A stretch of DNA of 64,000 nt from an uncultured Gammaproteobacteria bacterium (GTDB lineage: Bacteria; Patescibacteriota; Microgenomatia; Levybacterales; UBA12049), in the NCBI GenBank assembly GCA_964507055.1, contig CAZDOJ010000001.1, forward strand, positions 977,313 to 1,041,312, read 5' to 3'. Both the position numbers and the translations under genes were made by a program. Under the pieces are notes generated by a model that worked only from the letters and a program-made list of their open reading frames with translations, did no database searches and had not been told where the DNA came from. Shown here one piece after another: positions 30,952 to 40,921 of this stretch. Position 1 is the stretch's first letter. Each line of letters opens with the position of its first letter.

Positions 30952-31224
30952 TTATCGGATTGATTTCTTCAATGTCTTACCTGCGGTAAAACCAGGTGCT
31001 TTGCGAGCAGCAAGAGTAATAGCTTGTCCAGTTTTTGGATTCCGTCCAACACGCTGTTGTCGACTTCTGACACTAAATGTTCCAAAACCAGTAAGTACAA
31101 CTTTTTCTCCACGCTTTAATGAATCACGGATAGTATTCAGTGTTGTCTGGACAGCATCACGTGATGCTTTATTCGTAAGATTAGCTTTTTTAGCAACAAT
31201 TTCAATGAGATCTTTTTTAGTCAA
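30952..31224 (-). CDS. hup: DNA-binding protein HU
   Basis: 90 aa. GFGTF and the arm RNPKTGQ...AARKAPGFTAGK signature. Confidence 0.9.
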   Translation of the reverse strand: MTKKDLIEIVAKKANLTNKASRDAVQTTLNTIRDSLKRGEKVVLTGFGTFSVRSRQQRVGRNPKTGQAITLAARKAPGFTAGKTLKKSIR

Positions 31225-31403
31225 AGAAACTCACCCCCTTTATTGTGGGCATTACAGAATGAGAATTCAAGAAAAGAAAAGGTTGAGGTGTAACCGAATT
31301 GGAGGAACTACGAAATATGGGCAAGGTAATTGTTGGGCAAATCATTCGATTAGATTAACAATACAAGGAAAATGAGTTATTGTCAAGAGTAAATAACACT
31401 TGA

Positions 31404-32678
31404 TTAACCTATTGTGGTTTCTGGGTAGACTGCTCTGAATTCTCGAATTGCTGTTACTTTTACTTCGCCAGGTATAGCCAAGGATCTACTTACTTCTTCT
31501 TGAATCTTTCGTGAAAGAAGCACTGTTTGTGCGTCATCCAATTTCCCAGGATTGATGATAACTCTGAGTTCACGACCAGCTTCAAATGCATATGCATCTT
31601 CAACGCCTTCGTAATTCTTTGCTATCTGTTCCATTTCAGTCAATCTCTGACCATATTTCTCAAGATCCTCATATCGAGCTCCTGGACGAGATGCAGATAT
31701 AGCATCAGCTATATGCACGATGATTGACTCAACGCTTGAGAACGGCTTATCTTCATGATGTTCAGCAACTGCGTTAATGATCGGTTCTGGGAAGTTATAT
31801 CGCTTGAGGAGCTCTACACCGAGCTTGACGTGGCTTCCATCTCCTTCAAGGATCTTTCCAATATCATGGAATAGACATCCAAGACGGACGATATCCACAT
31901 TGGCCCCAATCTCTTGTGCAATATGAACACCAATCTTTGTTTCTTCAAGAGTGTGGACGAGTAAATTCTGTCCATACGAAGTTCTAAATTTCATTCTACC
32001 AAGAAGTGGATACAGATCAACTGGAAGACTAAAGATATTTACTTCATTTGCAAGCTTCTCTCCTTCTTGAGCCATAATCTTTTCAAGTTCTTCTTTCGTT
32101 TGATTAACAACTTCTTCAATACGGAAAGGCTGAACACGAGTATCTTTTAATAATTTTTCAAGAGATCTTCGAGCAACTTCTCGTCGAACTTGGTCAAATG
32201 AGGAGAGACGAATGATTCCTTCTTCATCTAGATCGACATCTACACCAGTTGCTTGTTCAAATGCACGAATATTTCGGCCTTCTTTTCCGATGATACGACC
32301 TTTCATTTCTTCGTCAGCAACTTTGACGATTGAGACAGTATATTCAGGGATAAAAGACAACGCACCATGCTTGATACTATCTAAAACAATTTCTTGTGCT
32401 CGAACGTCTGATGTTTTTTTCGCTTCTTCTTCTTTATCTTTGAGAATTTTTGCCATCATTTGTGCGGCATCTTTTTCTGTTTCAGAAAGGAGTTGTTTTT
32501 TTGCTTCGTCGATGGTAAGTCCGGAAACCTTTTCAAGTTTCTTTACATATTCCTGTCTTTTTTTCTCAATATCTTCTTTGTCTGATTCTAGGCTTTCAGC
32601 TTTCGCTTCAATTTTTTCCTGTCTTTGGAGAAGTTTTTTCTCTAACTCAATTAAATCTTGTTGTGATGCGTTACTCAT
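31404..32678 (-). CDS. rny: ribonuclease Y (KH plus HD domains, N-terminal coiled coil)
   Basis: KH motif IIGKEGRNIRAFE. HD motif LFHDIGK...H. Long N-terminal coiled coil. Confidence 0.85.
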   Translation of the reverse strand: MSNASQQDLIELEKKLLQRQEKIEAKAESLESDKEDIEKKRQEYVKKLEKVSGLTIDEAKKQLLSETEKDAAQMMAKILKDKEEEAKKTSDVRAQEIVLDSIKHGALSFIPEYTVSIVKVADEEMKGRIIGKEGRNIRAFEQATGVDVDLDEEGIIRLSSFDQVRREVARRSLEKLLKDTRVQPFRIEEVVNQTKEELEKIMAQEGEKLANEVNIFSLPVDLYPLLGRMKFRTSYGQNLLVHTLEETKIGVHIAQEIGANVDIVRLGCLFHDIGKILEGDGSHVKLGVELLKRYNFPEPIINAVAEHHEDKPFSSVESIIVHIADAISASRPGARYEDLEKYGQRLTEMEQIAKNYEGVEDAYAFEAGRELRVIINPGKLDDAQTVLLSRKIQEEVSRSLAIPGEVKVTAIREFRAVYPETTIG

Positions 32679-32839
32679 AATATTTTCTATGCAAAGAGGC
32701 GGACAATGGATGCCTAAGCTGTGTATCTAATGGTGAAGACGATTTTTCTCTTCATACAATACGAAGCAACTTCTCTTGCTAATCTTCCCTGTATTATACT
32801 GCACAAGGCACAATTTATGCAACTGGAATTCTTACAAAG

Positions 32840-33322
32840 TTATTCTGACGAGTTTAATTGACTATCAATTGCCTTTTTTGATGTATCCCAGCTAAACCCA
32901 CGTCGTGCTAAAAATGATCCTACTTTCTGATAAATGACTTGTCGTGGCTCTCCCACGAGTTTTGCTATGCGTTTTCCAATGAGGTTCTTGGCTTGTGTGA
33001 GTTCATCAGGAATATCTTCATGCTTTTCTTCCATAACTTTGGCAATAACTTCTTTTGCAATACCTTTTCGCGCAAGTTCAATCTGAAGCATACGTTTTCC
33101 TCGAGGACGGAACATTGCACGCGACCGTATCCAGGATTTTGCAAATTCTTCATCGTTAAGAAATTTTTGCTCATAAAGTTTAGCAACAATTGCATCGATA
33201 ATATCTGGATCGGCATTCTTTTTAATGAGATAATCACGAATTTCTTTTTCTGAGCGATTACGAATAGTGAGGTAACGATAAACAAGTGAGAAGTATTTTT
33301 CAATTCGATCCTGAAGTTCCAT
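32840..33322 (-). CDS. recX: recombination regulator RecX
   Basis: 160 aa with three-helix repeats. RecX-like YL..R..SE.E. pattern. Located near recA. Confidence 0.75.
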   Translation of the reverse strand: MELQDRIEKYFSLVYRYLTIRNRSEKEIRDYLIKKNADPDIIDAIVAKLYEQKFLNDEEFAKSWIRSRAMFRPRGKRMLQIELARKGIAKEVIAKVMEEKHEDIPDELTQAKNLIGKRIAKLVGEPRQVIYQKVGSFLARRGFSWDTSKKAIDSQLNSSE

Positions 33323-33337
33323 TATGAAATTATACCA

Positions 33338-34387
33338 CTAAGATTCTGTATCTTTTTTAATAGCTCGTGCATATCTTTCAGGTTGTAAACCAATACCCCG
33401 ATGTCCTGACTTCTCAATCATTTCAACATGTTCTTTTGCAGCATCTTCATCACCATAAAACTTAACGAGTATTTCAATTGGGATCAGTAAGTCAAATTGA
33501 GGCATTTTAACCTCCACTGATATTCCTTCCTCTCTTAATTTTACAAAATCTTTAAAGGCTTTACTTCCAAATGCTCGAATTGCTGTACGGACACCTAGAG
33601 CACTTATTTTTAGTTTTCCTTTGTCATCAATCTTATCTGGAGTACCTTCAAACGATTGCTTAAGGGGATCCTTCACTGAATCTCCTCGCTCTAGAAATAA
33701 TCTTAATGCTTCTTCAGGTTCGCTCTCTACAACAGCTGCTATTTGTGCTTCATGACCAGATAATGCTGATTCTTGCTCTTCGCTTAAATATACATCATTG
33801 GAAACTGCTGTATCTGCCGATGAACGGGAAATACCTTCCTGAGTATTTGACTGTGGACCTAAAATCTTATCGAGATCATCTGCACTTATCCCCTGCATAG
33901 GGAAAGCATCTAATGCATCAATTGAAACACCGAGAGGACCATCTAACTGAGTCATACCTCGTCCGTAATGAATTCTTTGCTTAATTCCTTTGTTAAAACC
34001 TGCAGGACTATCGAGCACGATACGCATATTTTCTTTTACCGCTTCTCTTTGGAAGAACTCCGGCTCTTCTTTTTTAATAATTCGTATCGCTCTTCTTAGT
34101 TCTTCTGCACCAAGTGAATGAGCAACAATATCTATTCCAGATGCTGCATGATCTTTGATGACGTTTGCCATGTCTTGATAACGACGGGGATTAGGTTCGT
34201 CTATAGATACGGATGAATTAAACGCAGTAATATTCTCTCGGCCATTGTATACTTTGGCAAAACCCTCAATCATCCCATATTCTGCATGCAAACCGGCAGT
34301 GTTGGTCATCATTCCCGGAAGGATAAGGCAATGACGAGGTCGTTCTCTATCTCGTACTTCTGGTATAGCCTTTAATGTTTCACTCAT
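33338..34387 (-). CDS. alpha/beta-hydrolase-like protein (GHSxG nucleophile elbow), paralog A
   Basis: IVAHSLGAEE nucleophile elbow. Motifs shared with the neighbour at 34403..35545 (ILPG/FISG ... AHS[LF]GA ... LxSPAGF). Confidence 0.5.
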   Translation of the reverse strand: MSETLKAIPEVRDRERPRHCLILPGMMTNTAGLHAEYGMIEGFAKVYNGRENITAFNSSVSIDEPNPRRYQDMANVIKDHAASGIDIVAHSLGAEELRRAIRIIKKEEPEFFQREAVKENMRIVLDSPAGFNKGIKQRIHYGRGMTQLDGPLGVSIDALDAFPMQGISADDLDKILGPQSNTQEGISRSSADTAVSNDVYLSEEQESALSGHEAQIAAVVESEPEEALRLFLERGDSVKDPLKQSFEGTPDKIDDKGKLKISALGVRTAIRAFGSKAFKDFVKLREEGISVEVKMPQFDLLIPIEILVKFYGDEDAAKEHVEMIEKSGHRGIGLQPERYARAIKKDTES

Positions 34388-34402
34388 AGCAGGATTATAC
34401 CA

Positions 34403-35545
34403 TTATTTACTCAATCTCTTTGCGAGTTCAGCAAGAATTCCAGGCTGAGGACCCCATGGAGCCATATGGGTAGAAAGTGGCGTTACTACAAGTCGATCAT
34501 CCCTTCCTTGCAGAAATTGTTTTGCATTATCAACTGTCATTAACGTATCGTATTCCGGAACTACCATATTTATCTTTAGTCCAGCATTTTGAAGTGAATT
34601 CATTTTCTCCAAAACCTTTCCTCGAAGAAACGTATCGAGCATTAATCGCCTACGTGCTTGAGATGCTGAACGGCTTCGGCCATAGCGAATATTTGAAATG
34701 ATAGGATCACTGTAATCATCTGCATATTTGTTTTCCAATGCACCTTTTACAACTTTTCGAGTTAATCTTCCCCGTTGCCGAAGAGCTTTTCGTGCAGACA
34801 TCCGCTGCCGCCATGTAAGTTGATCTGCATATGCATATTCTGCAAGTCTTGCGTCAATTTCCCGCAATTTTTGTTTTTCACTAAAATCCATATACTGAGC
34901 ATAATCTCTATCAGCGTTAGCATCGACAGACAATACATCACTACGCATATGGGATATTTTACCTGCCATAGCCTGAACACTATCAATCATTTCACCACGC
35001 TCAAGCACATGAGAAGGTACGACACTTGCTGAAACAATGCCCTGAAGTACACTGGATTTTCCAGGTAATGTCTTTCCAAAAAACTTTCCAGCCTCTTGCA
35101 CACCAAGCTTTGCATACTTGGCACCATATCGTATGCCCTGTCTCCAATTCTTGAAAAAACCAGCAGGTGAAACCAAAATTAGATTAATATTATCGAGATT
35201 TTCTTTGTTTTTGAAGAAGTTTGGATCGTGTTTTTCTATTTCTTTAAATGCTTCGATCGTTTCAGCCGCACCAAAAGAATGAGCCAGGATTGTTGTTTTA
35301 CCATTCTCAATTTTTGACTTTAGGGATCTACCCATTTCTACAAAACGATTTGGGGAAGATTTGTCTCCAAAAAGAACAGAATTATAAACTGTTACTTTAT
35401 CTCGACCAAACTCATTTTGCAAGGTACTATTAATAGCCCGCAAGCCATCATTGGTGCCTGTAGCCCCTGAGATAAAAACCACTTGTTGTGATGTTTCTTG
35501 TCGTTTAATTTCGGGAGATATCCCCACAGATAAAGTTTCAGCCAT
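34403..35545 (-). CDS. alpha/beta-hydrolase-like protein, paralog B
   Basis: ILAHSFGAAE elbow and LILVSPAGF. Aligns by eye with the gene at 33338..34387 over the N-terminal 150 aa. Confidence 0.5.
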   Translation of the reverse strand: MAETLSVGISPEIKRQETSQQVVFISGATGTNDGLRAINSTLQNEFGRDKVTVYNSVLFGDKSSPNRFVEMGRSLKSKIENGKTTILAHSFGAAETIEAFKEIEKHDPNFFKNKENLDNINLILVSPAGFFKNWRQGIRYGAKYAKLGVQEAGKFFGKTLPGKSSVLQGIVSASVVPSHVLERGEMIDSVQAMAGKISHMRSDVLSVDANADRDYAQYMDFSEKQKLREIDARLAEYAYADQLTWRQRMSARKALRQRGRLTRKVVKGALENKYADDYSDPIISNIRYGRSRSASQARRRLMLDTFLRGKVLEKMNSLQNAGLKINMVVPEYDTLMTVDNAKQFLQGRDDRLVVTPLSTHMAPWGPQPGILAELAKRLSK

Positions 35546-35610
35546 ATCTGAAGTATAGCATAAATCGAGGTCAAAAATAAACTATAGGACTATGTTGGGT
35601 GGTCTAACTT

Positions 35611-36714
35611 TTAGAGGTCTTCTGGGAGTTCGTCGTCATCACTTTCTTCTCCACCAACTACGAGAGGTGCACGGCCGTCTTTGTTTTGTGTCATAATTTT
35701 CTCAACAACTTCCTTTTGCATTGCTGGGTTTTCTTTTAATTTCTCAATTGTCGCGACCTTACCTTGACCAAGAAGTTCATCATTGTAGCGATAGAAAGCA
35801 CCAGATTTACTAATAACACCCATTTCTACTGCAACGTCCAAAATACCACCTTCTCGAGAAATACCTTCTGTTGTAATATCAAATTCTGCCATTCTGAAAG
35901 GAGCAGCAATTTTATTTTTTACGACCTTTACACGATGACGTGAGCCAATAACTCTATCCCCATCTTTCAGAGTTTCAATTTTTCGGATATCCATACGAAC
36001 TGATGAATAGAATTTTAGTGCCATACCACCGGTAGTCGTTTCGGGATTACCAAACATAACACCAATTTTTTGTCGAAGCTGATTTGTAAAGATAACTATT
36101 GTACGAGACTTAGAAATGACAGCTGTAAGCTTTCGAAGTGCTTGAGACATCAAACGTGCTTGTAGACCCATCACTGAATCGCCCATTTCACCTTCGATTT
36201 CAGCTCGTGGAACCAACGCTGCAACTGAATCAACAACCAAAACATCTACTCCACCAGAACGGACCAAACTTTCAGTAATTTCAAGTGCTTGTTCTCCAGT
36301 ATCAGGCTGCGAGATAAGGAGCTCATCAAGTTTTACACCGAGTTGCTGTGCACGAAGTGGGTCGAGTGCATGTTCAGCATCAATAAAAGCAGCAATACCA
36401 CCATGCTTTTGAGCTTGTGCAATGGTTGAGAGACAAACCGTAGTTTTACCAGATGCTTCTGGACCATAGATCTCTACAATTCTTCCTCTTGGGAGTCCAC
36501 CAGCTCCAAGAGCCAAATCAAGCGGAAGACAACCGGTAGAGATAACTGAAATGTCTAATTTTTGACCTGCTTCTCCAAAACGCATAATAGAACCACGACC
36601 ATACTGTTTTTCGATTTGGTCCATCGCCATTTTTATGGATTCAAGCTTTTTTGAGGCATCATTTTGTTGTTCTACTGGAGTTGATTTTTGTGAATTTGCG
36701 GATGATCGAGCCAT
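35611..36714 (-). CDS. recA: recombinase RecA
   Basis: Walker [11 protein letters not shown]1/L2 loops, IVVDSVAAL. Classic RecA. Confidence 0.95.
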   Translation of the reverse strand: MARSSANSQKSTPVEQQNDASKKLESIKMAMDQIEKQYGRGSIMRFGEAGQKLDISVISTGCLPLDLALGAGGLPRGRIVEIYGPEASGKTTVCLSTIAQAQKHGGIAAFIDAEHALDPLRAQQLGVKLDELLISQPDTGEQALEITESLVRSGGVDVLVVDSVAALVPRAEIEGEMGDSVMGLQARLMSQALRKLTAVISKSRTIVIFTNQLRQKIGVMFGNPETTTGGMALKFYSSVRMDIRKIETLKDGDRVIGSRHRVKVVKNKIAAPFRMAEFDITTEGISREGGILDVAVEMGVISKSGAFYRYNDELLGQGKVATIEKLKENPAMQKEVVEKIMTQNKDGRAPLVVGGEESDDDELPEDL

Positions 36715-36820
36715 AATGTATTTAAAATAATAGCACCTTTGAAATAAATTACAAGTACCAGTTTCGGTTATTTTTTAATAACAAAATACTTTTTACATGT
36801 GCTAAAATTTTATTTGCAAA

Positions 36821-36891
36821 CGGAGTGTAGTATAGTGGTAGTACGCTGGGCTGGGGGTCCGGTAGTCGACGGCCTATTCGCAGCACTCCGG
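36821..36891 (+). tRNA. tRNA-like element, possible tRNA-Pro(GGG) with non-canonical T-arm
   Basis: GC-rich 70-nt island in an AT-rich spacer. 7-bp acceptor CGGAGTG/CACTCCG with C1:G72 as in bacterial tRNA-Pro. U8 A9 present. D-arm GTAT-AGTGGTA-GTAC. Anticodon arm CTGGG-CTGGGGG-TCCGG (U33, GGG, G37). No TTCRANY T-loop could be folded by hand. Confidence 0.3.
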
Positions 36892-36967
36892 CCCAAATTA
36901 ATCTTTTTAAAATAGACATATCTCTATAATAATTGGTTTCTAAAATAATTACAATAGGCTTTTTACT

Positions 36968-37393
36968 ATGCGCGACATCAAGCTTGAAGTAGGAACAAAA
37001 GTCTTTCTTCAAAACAAAACAGACCAATTTTTGATGCTCAAACGAGCTCATCCTTATCCAGGGGAAAAGTTCTGTAGCTGGGATATTCCAGGTGGGAGAA
37101 TCAAACCAGGAGAAACACAATTTGAGGCATTAAAGCGGGAAGTCCTTGAAGAGACAGGCTTACTACAAATAAAGATACTAGCGATACTTGGCGTACAAGA
37201 TATTCTCCAAGTCCAATCGAAACATACAGTTCGAGTGACATATTTAGGAAAATGTTCCAATACGAAAACCGTGAAGATAGATACAAAAGAGCATTCTGAA
37301 TATAAATGGCTTTCTTTAAAGGAAATATCTCAGACACCCCATGACAAATTCCTTGACCCAATTATTAAGATACTTCAAGACCAGAAAAAATAA
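36968..37393 (+). CDS. NUDIX hydrolase
   Basis: Nudix box GGRIKPGETQFEALKREVLEETGL. Confidence 0.8.
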   Translation: MRDIKLEVGTKVFLQNKTDQFLMLKRAHPYPGEKFCSWDIPGGRIKPGETQFEALKREVLEETGLLQIKILAILGVQDILQVQSKHTVRVTYLGKCSNTKTVKIDTKEHSEYKWLSLKEISQTPHDKFLDPIIKILQDQKK

Positions 37394-37416
37394 ATCGGTT
37401 AAATTGATACTGTAGA

Positions 37417-38070
37417 TTAGAGTTGAGGGGACTGTCGATTTGGGATAGGTTGACCTTGTGTTGCTCCTGAACCACTTGCTGCACCTGAGCCAGCTGTACC
37501 GACTGTGATTACTGTACCTGTTCCTGATTTAAGAACTGAGTTAGCAACACCTCGAGCTGTTACAAGTGTCGTTGGCAAAAGTCCAAGTTGTGTTTCTTTA
37601 CCCAATGCGTTTGCTCGGACAGTAAATGTAACGGTAGCGACAACCCCTGTTCCTTTAACTGGAGTTCCATTTGGAGTAATACCGAATGCATATGTGTATC
37701 TTCCTGTCTGAGGATCATTTTTATCAATAAGTACTGCAGGGTTTTGGATCAAGGTTCCTGGAATAACTTTCACATTTGAAAGAACAGTTGGATCATATCC
37801 GAGTTCTAATTGAACTGCGGTTACATCATTACTTGTAGTATCAATTGTTACTTGTGCGGTACCTTGTTGCCCTGGAGCAACAGTAAGCGGATTTGGGGCT
37901 AATGCGAGTACTGTATTTGCAGGAGTCGTTGGCTCAGGCTGTTGTACGGTTTGAGATGGTTGTGGTGTTGAAGGAGCATTCTGTTGTTGTCCTGCACGAA
38001 GTGCAACAACGAAAAGAACAACTGTTACAATAACGAGTCCAGTAATAAGGGCAAGTGTTTTTCTTGGCAT
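37417..38070 (-). CDS. secreted cohesin-domain-like protein
   Basis: Signal/TM anchor, P/Q/T linker, then a beta-rich segment (VTIDTTSNDVTAVQLELGYDPTVL...ATVTFTVRA) typical of cohesin-like modules common in CPR. Confidence 0.5.
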   Translation of the reverse strand: MPRKTLALITGLVIVTVVLFVVALRAGQQQNAPSTPQPSQTVQQPEPTTPANTVLALAPNPLTVAPGQQGTAQVTIDTTSNDVTAVQLELGYDPTVLSNVKVIPGTLIQNPAVLIDKNDPQTGRYTYAFGITPNGTPVKGTGVVATVTFTVRANALGKETQLGLLPTTLVTARGVANSVLKSGTGTVITVGTAGSGAASGSGATQGQPIPNRQSPQL

Positions 38071-38189
38071 AGTCTATATCCATAGTAATACATTTTTTTC
38101 ATCTATTGCAATAGACACAAACTGTATCAGAATAGCGAAAATAATTATCCCCTAGCACCTTGTTCATTCTCGTTTTATAATAGCGTAGT

Positions 38190-38855
38190 ATGGTGCTCTT
38201 TTTTCTTTTTCTTACTGAACTGTTTGTCCTTTTCCTCTTATCAAGACAAGTGACACGCACAGTTTCATACCTGCTGTATTTGCTATCAAGAAGTAAGAGA
38301 ATAACCATACACGGTATGGCATTCCTATTTTTTCCCGGAACAGTTATCCATGAACTTTCGCATGCAATTATGGCGGGACTTTTGGGCGTTCGAGTCGGTG
38401 CTATGGAATTTATTCCTGTTATAGAAGGAGATCGAGTAAAATTAGGAAGCGTTCAAGTTGCCCATACAGATTTTGTACGACGTTTTTTTATAGGAGCTGC
38501 TCCATTCTTTACTGGAACACTACTTATTTTGGGACTATTATATTACGCGGCAAGTAATCAACTCTTCGACAATGTATGGATCACACTTCTTATTGGCTAT
38601 GCAGTTTTTGAAATTGGTAATACTATGTTCTCAAGCAAGAAAGACATGGAAGGAGCAATGGAACTCCTCATCACTATTGCTGTAGTTACAATTATAATAT
38701 ACTTACTTGGTGTCAGAATTCCTGCTGCGAATCTAGACAATTTCTTCGCCAATATACTTGTGCAAGATATCTTACAAAAAGGTTCACTTTTTTTACTGGT
38801 GCCTATTGTTCTTGATCTTGCAGTCATTGGATTGTTGAGAATTTTCAAAAGATAA
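38190..38855 (+). CDS. membrane protein with HExxH zinc-metalloprotease motif
   Basis: VIHELSHAIMAG inside a polytopic protein. Family uncertain (M50/DUF3267-like). Confidence 0.45.
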   Translation: MVLFFLFLTELFVLFLLSRQVTRTVSYLLYLLSRSKRITIHGMAFLFFPGTVIHELSHAIMAGLLGVRVGAMEFIPVIEGDRVKLGSVQVAHTDFVRRFFIGAAPFFTGTLLILGLLYYAASNQLFDNVWITLLIGYAVFEIGNTMFSSKKDMEGAMELLITIAVVTIIIYLLGVRIPAANLDNFFANILVQDILQKGSLFLLVPIVLDLAVIGLLRIFKR

Positions 38856-38896
38856 TCCTTTTGTAAAATTACACTTTTTGCGATAGAATATATTTC

Positions 38897-39361
38897 ATGT
38901 CAAAGAATTTTCTCATCGCATGCGTTATTGGTCTCATCGCACTTGTCATTTTTGGATATTTTATATTTGGACTTAATGGGCGACCAACATCAAATACGAT
39001 CACGACAGATGCACCTAGTAGTATGACTCCTACAACAGCTGATAATGTCAAGATTGAAGACATAACAGAAGGATCAGGTCCTGAGGTTAAAAGCGGGGAT
39101 AATGTTGTACTCAATTATACAGGCACTCTTACTGACGGAACAAAATTTGACAGTTCATATGACCGCAATGAGCCATTTCAAACAAAAATTGGAGTCGGTC
39201 AAGTAATTAAAGGTTGGGATTTAGGGGTTGTCGGGATGAAAGTCGGAGGCAAAAGAAAATTAACAATTCCACCTTCTCTAGCATATGGTGATCAGACTGT
39301 GGGAAGTATTCCTGCAAATTCAATCCTTATTTTTGAGATTGAATTGCTTCAAATTAAATAA
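38897..39361 (+). CDS. FKBP-type peptidyl-prolyl cis-trans isomerase, membrane-anchored
   Basis: N-terminal TM. FKBP core ...YTGTLTDGTKFDSS...GVGQVIKGWDLGVVGMKVGGKRKLTIPP. Confidence 0.85.
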   Translation: MSKNFLIACVIGLIALVIFGYFIFGLNGRPTSNTITTDAPSSMTPTTADNVKIEDITEGSGPEVKSGDNVVLNYTGTLTDGTKFDSSYDRNEPFQTKIGVGQVIKGWDLGVVGMKVGGKRKLTIPPSLAYGDQTVGSIPANSILIFEIELLQIK

Positions 39362-39390
39362 CCGCTTATATTTATACTATTTTTTGCAAC

Positions 39391-39470
39391 AAAAAGCAGT
39401 ATCTTACTAAAGAAATACTACACAAGTAACCCTGTATATTTTTCCCAAGTGAAATACTGCTTTTACGCTG
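39391..39470. terminator. bidirectional hairpin terminator between the convergent FKBP and DUF378 genes
   Basis: GCAGTAT ... ATACTGC stem enclosing an inner hairpin. The stem is flanked by an A-run (AAAAA, 39391-39395) on the 5' side and a T-run (TTTT, 39461-39464) on the 3' side, giving a U-tract after the hairpin on both strands. Confidence 0.45.
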
Positions 39471-39732
39471 TTTTTGTTGTGGATGCCGCAGCCTTACGTG
39501 CCTCGCAAACTTTGCAGTCTTTGATATGCGTAACGAGCAAATACAATCCTGAAACACCAACTAAAATATAAAAGAAGTTGAGAACGTCAGGATTAAAACC
39601 AAGCACTTGCTGAATAAGATCGAATCCTTCACCGTTTGCATCTGCAGGGATAACCCCAAACAAACCTAAATCAAGTGCTCCGATTACTACAAGTACAAAT
39701 GCTATCATGTGAAGCCATTTTTTAACTGTCAT
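39463..39732 (-). CDS. DUF378-family small membrane protein
   Basis: IAFVLVVIGALDLGLFGVIP...VLNFFYILVGVSGLY is the DUF378 two-TM pattern. Confidence 0.65.
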   Translation of the reverse strand: MTVKKWLHMIAFVLVVIGALDLGLFGVIPADANGEGFDLIQQVLGFNPDVLNFFYILVGVSGLYLLVTHIKDCKVCEARKAAASTTKTA

Positions 39733-39811
39733 AAAATTACTACGATCACCTCCTATCTGCTGTTGCTCATCTAGTCTACTAATAATGGTAATTTATCGTC
39801 AAGTGGGATTT

Positions 39812-40327
39812 TCAGGAAACTTCAGGGTCAGAATGGTGCTTTTTCTCATTTATCTCAAGGGCATGGTCTTTTTCTTCTTTTTGAGCAATAAGGAGTAAGC
39901 CTGCTGCGATAAATACTAAATTCTTAAGAGCATGTTCGCCAGCTAATGAGAGTACTGGAAAACGAGGAGCAAACCCTTGAGTGAATAAGACGGCTAGTGT
40001 TAAGACAAGAAGATGGACACTCATAATAATGGCTGAGAATTTAACATATTTATTTGAAAGAAATGCCGCTCCAATCAGAATTTCCAGAAATGCAGCCACA
40101 AATAACAATAGCTGCGATTCGCCAAGTCCTGGAATTGCTTTAATAAGAATTTCCTCAACTGGGGATGCATTAAAAAGTTTGAGAACACCCATCCATACAA
40201 AAACAATACCAAGAGAAAGTCGAAGCAGCATTATTGACCTATCTCGTAAAAAGTTCAATGACATGAGGATAGTATACAAGGTTTTATGCGTTTGTAAAAT
40301 AATACGTGCAGCGAATTTAAAGAGCAT
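39812..40327 (-). CDS. DoxX-family membrane protein
   Basis: Four TM helices. LRLSLGIVFVWMGVLKLF N-terminal helix as in DoxX. Confidence 0.55.
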   Translation of the reverse strand: MLFKFAARIILQTHKTLYTILMSLNFLRDRSIMLLRLSLGIVFVWMGVLKLFNASPVEEILIKAIPGLGESQLLLFVAAFLEILIGAAFLSNKYVKFSAIIMSVHLLVLTLAVLFTQGFAPRFPVLSLAGEHALKNLVFIAAGLLLIAQKEEKDHALEINEKKHHSDPEVS

Positions 40328-40543
40328 CTATAATATAACTATGACTTCTGGTGAAACAGTTATCGCATTACTCCTTGGAATTATTGCTTGGTTTCTTTAT
40401 CAGATCGCAAAACAACTTAGTTATCTTACTGGTAAAAAAATACGATTCAGATTTTTTAATTGGAAGATAACTAATCCGCTCAAACAATCACGGACACAAA
40501 TGCGAGAACAAGAGAAACTTCCTAATTAAAATGTATTGACTTT

Positions 40544-40921
40544 ATGCAGGCCTCAATCCATACTCTAGGTATGTTCGAACATCTTACAGATTTTGGATAC
40601 GTCCGCACTCGCAAACAAGCACTCGGTTTTTATATTGTGTACTTACTGTTAACGGCACTCTGTGCAGCAATAATAGGTGCATTTGTTGCCTTTTTTATCT
40701 ATGAAGACGCATTTGATGTAGGCGTAAAACTTGGTACTATCGTCGGAATAATCGGCAGTATTACACTTTCGTTCCTTATCCTTTCCGCAAAGAAACTTAC
40801 GGGAAATTTCTGGCTTCTATTATTTGCATTGATCGGTGGCCTATTGCAAACTTTAGGTGGTGGCGTGATCAGTTTGATTATCCCTGCGTATTTAACTACT
40901 TTGAAGAAGCACAAGTTATAA
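40544..40921 (+). CDS. small membrane protein (paralog of the ORF at 41643..42170)
   Basis: 125 aa with 3 TM helices. N-terminal DFGYVRTRKQALGFYIVYLL resembles DFGYQRRGLEVPVFYITYLI in the paralog. Confidence 0.4.
   Translation: MQASIHTLGMFEHLTDFGYVRTRKQALGFYIVYLLLTALCAAIIGAFVAFFIYEDAFDVGVKLGTIVGIIGSITLSFLILSAKKLTGNFWLLLFALIGGLLQTLGGGVISLIIPAYLTTLKKHKL

Noticed and set aside
32939-33303. ORFs 32939..33253 (+) and 32965..33303 (-) inside recX
   Set aside because: They are fully nested in the recX reading frame region, which has a clear RecX-like product. They are antisense or frameshifted artefacts.
36749-37120. 123-aa minus-strand ORF
   Set aside because: It spans the tRNA-like element and overlaps the NUDIX gene start on the other strand. 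There is no support.
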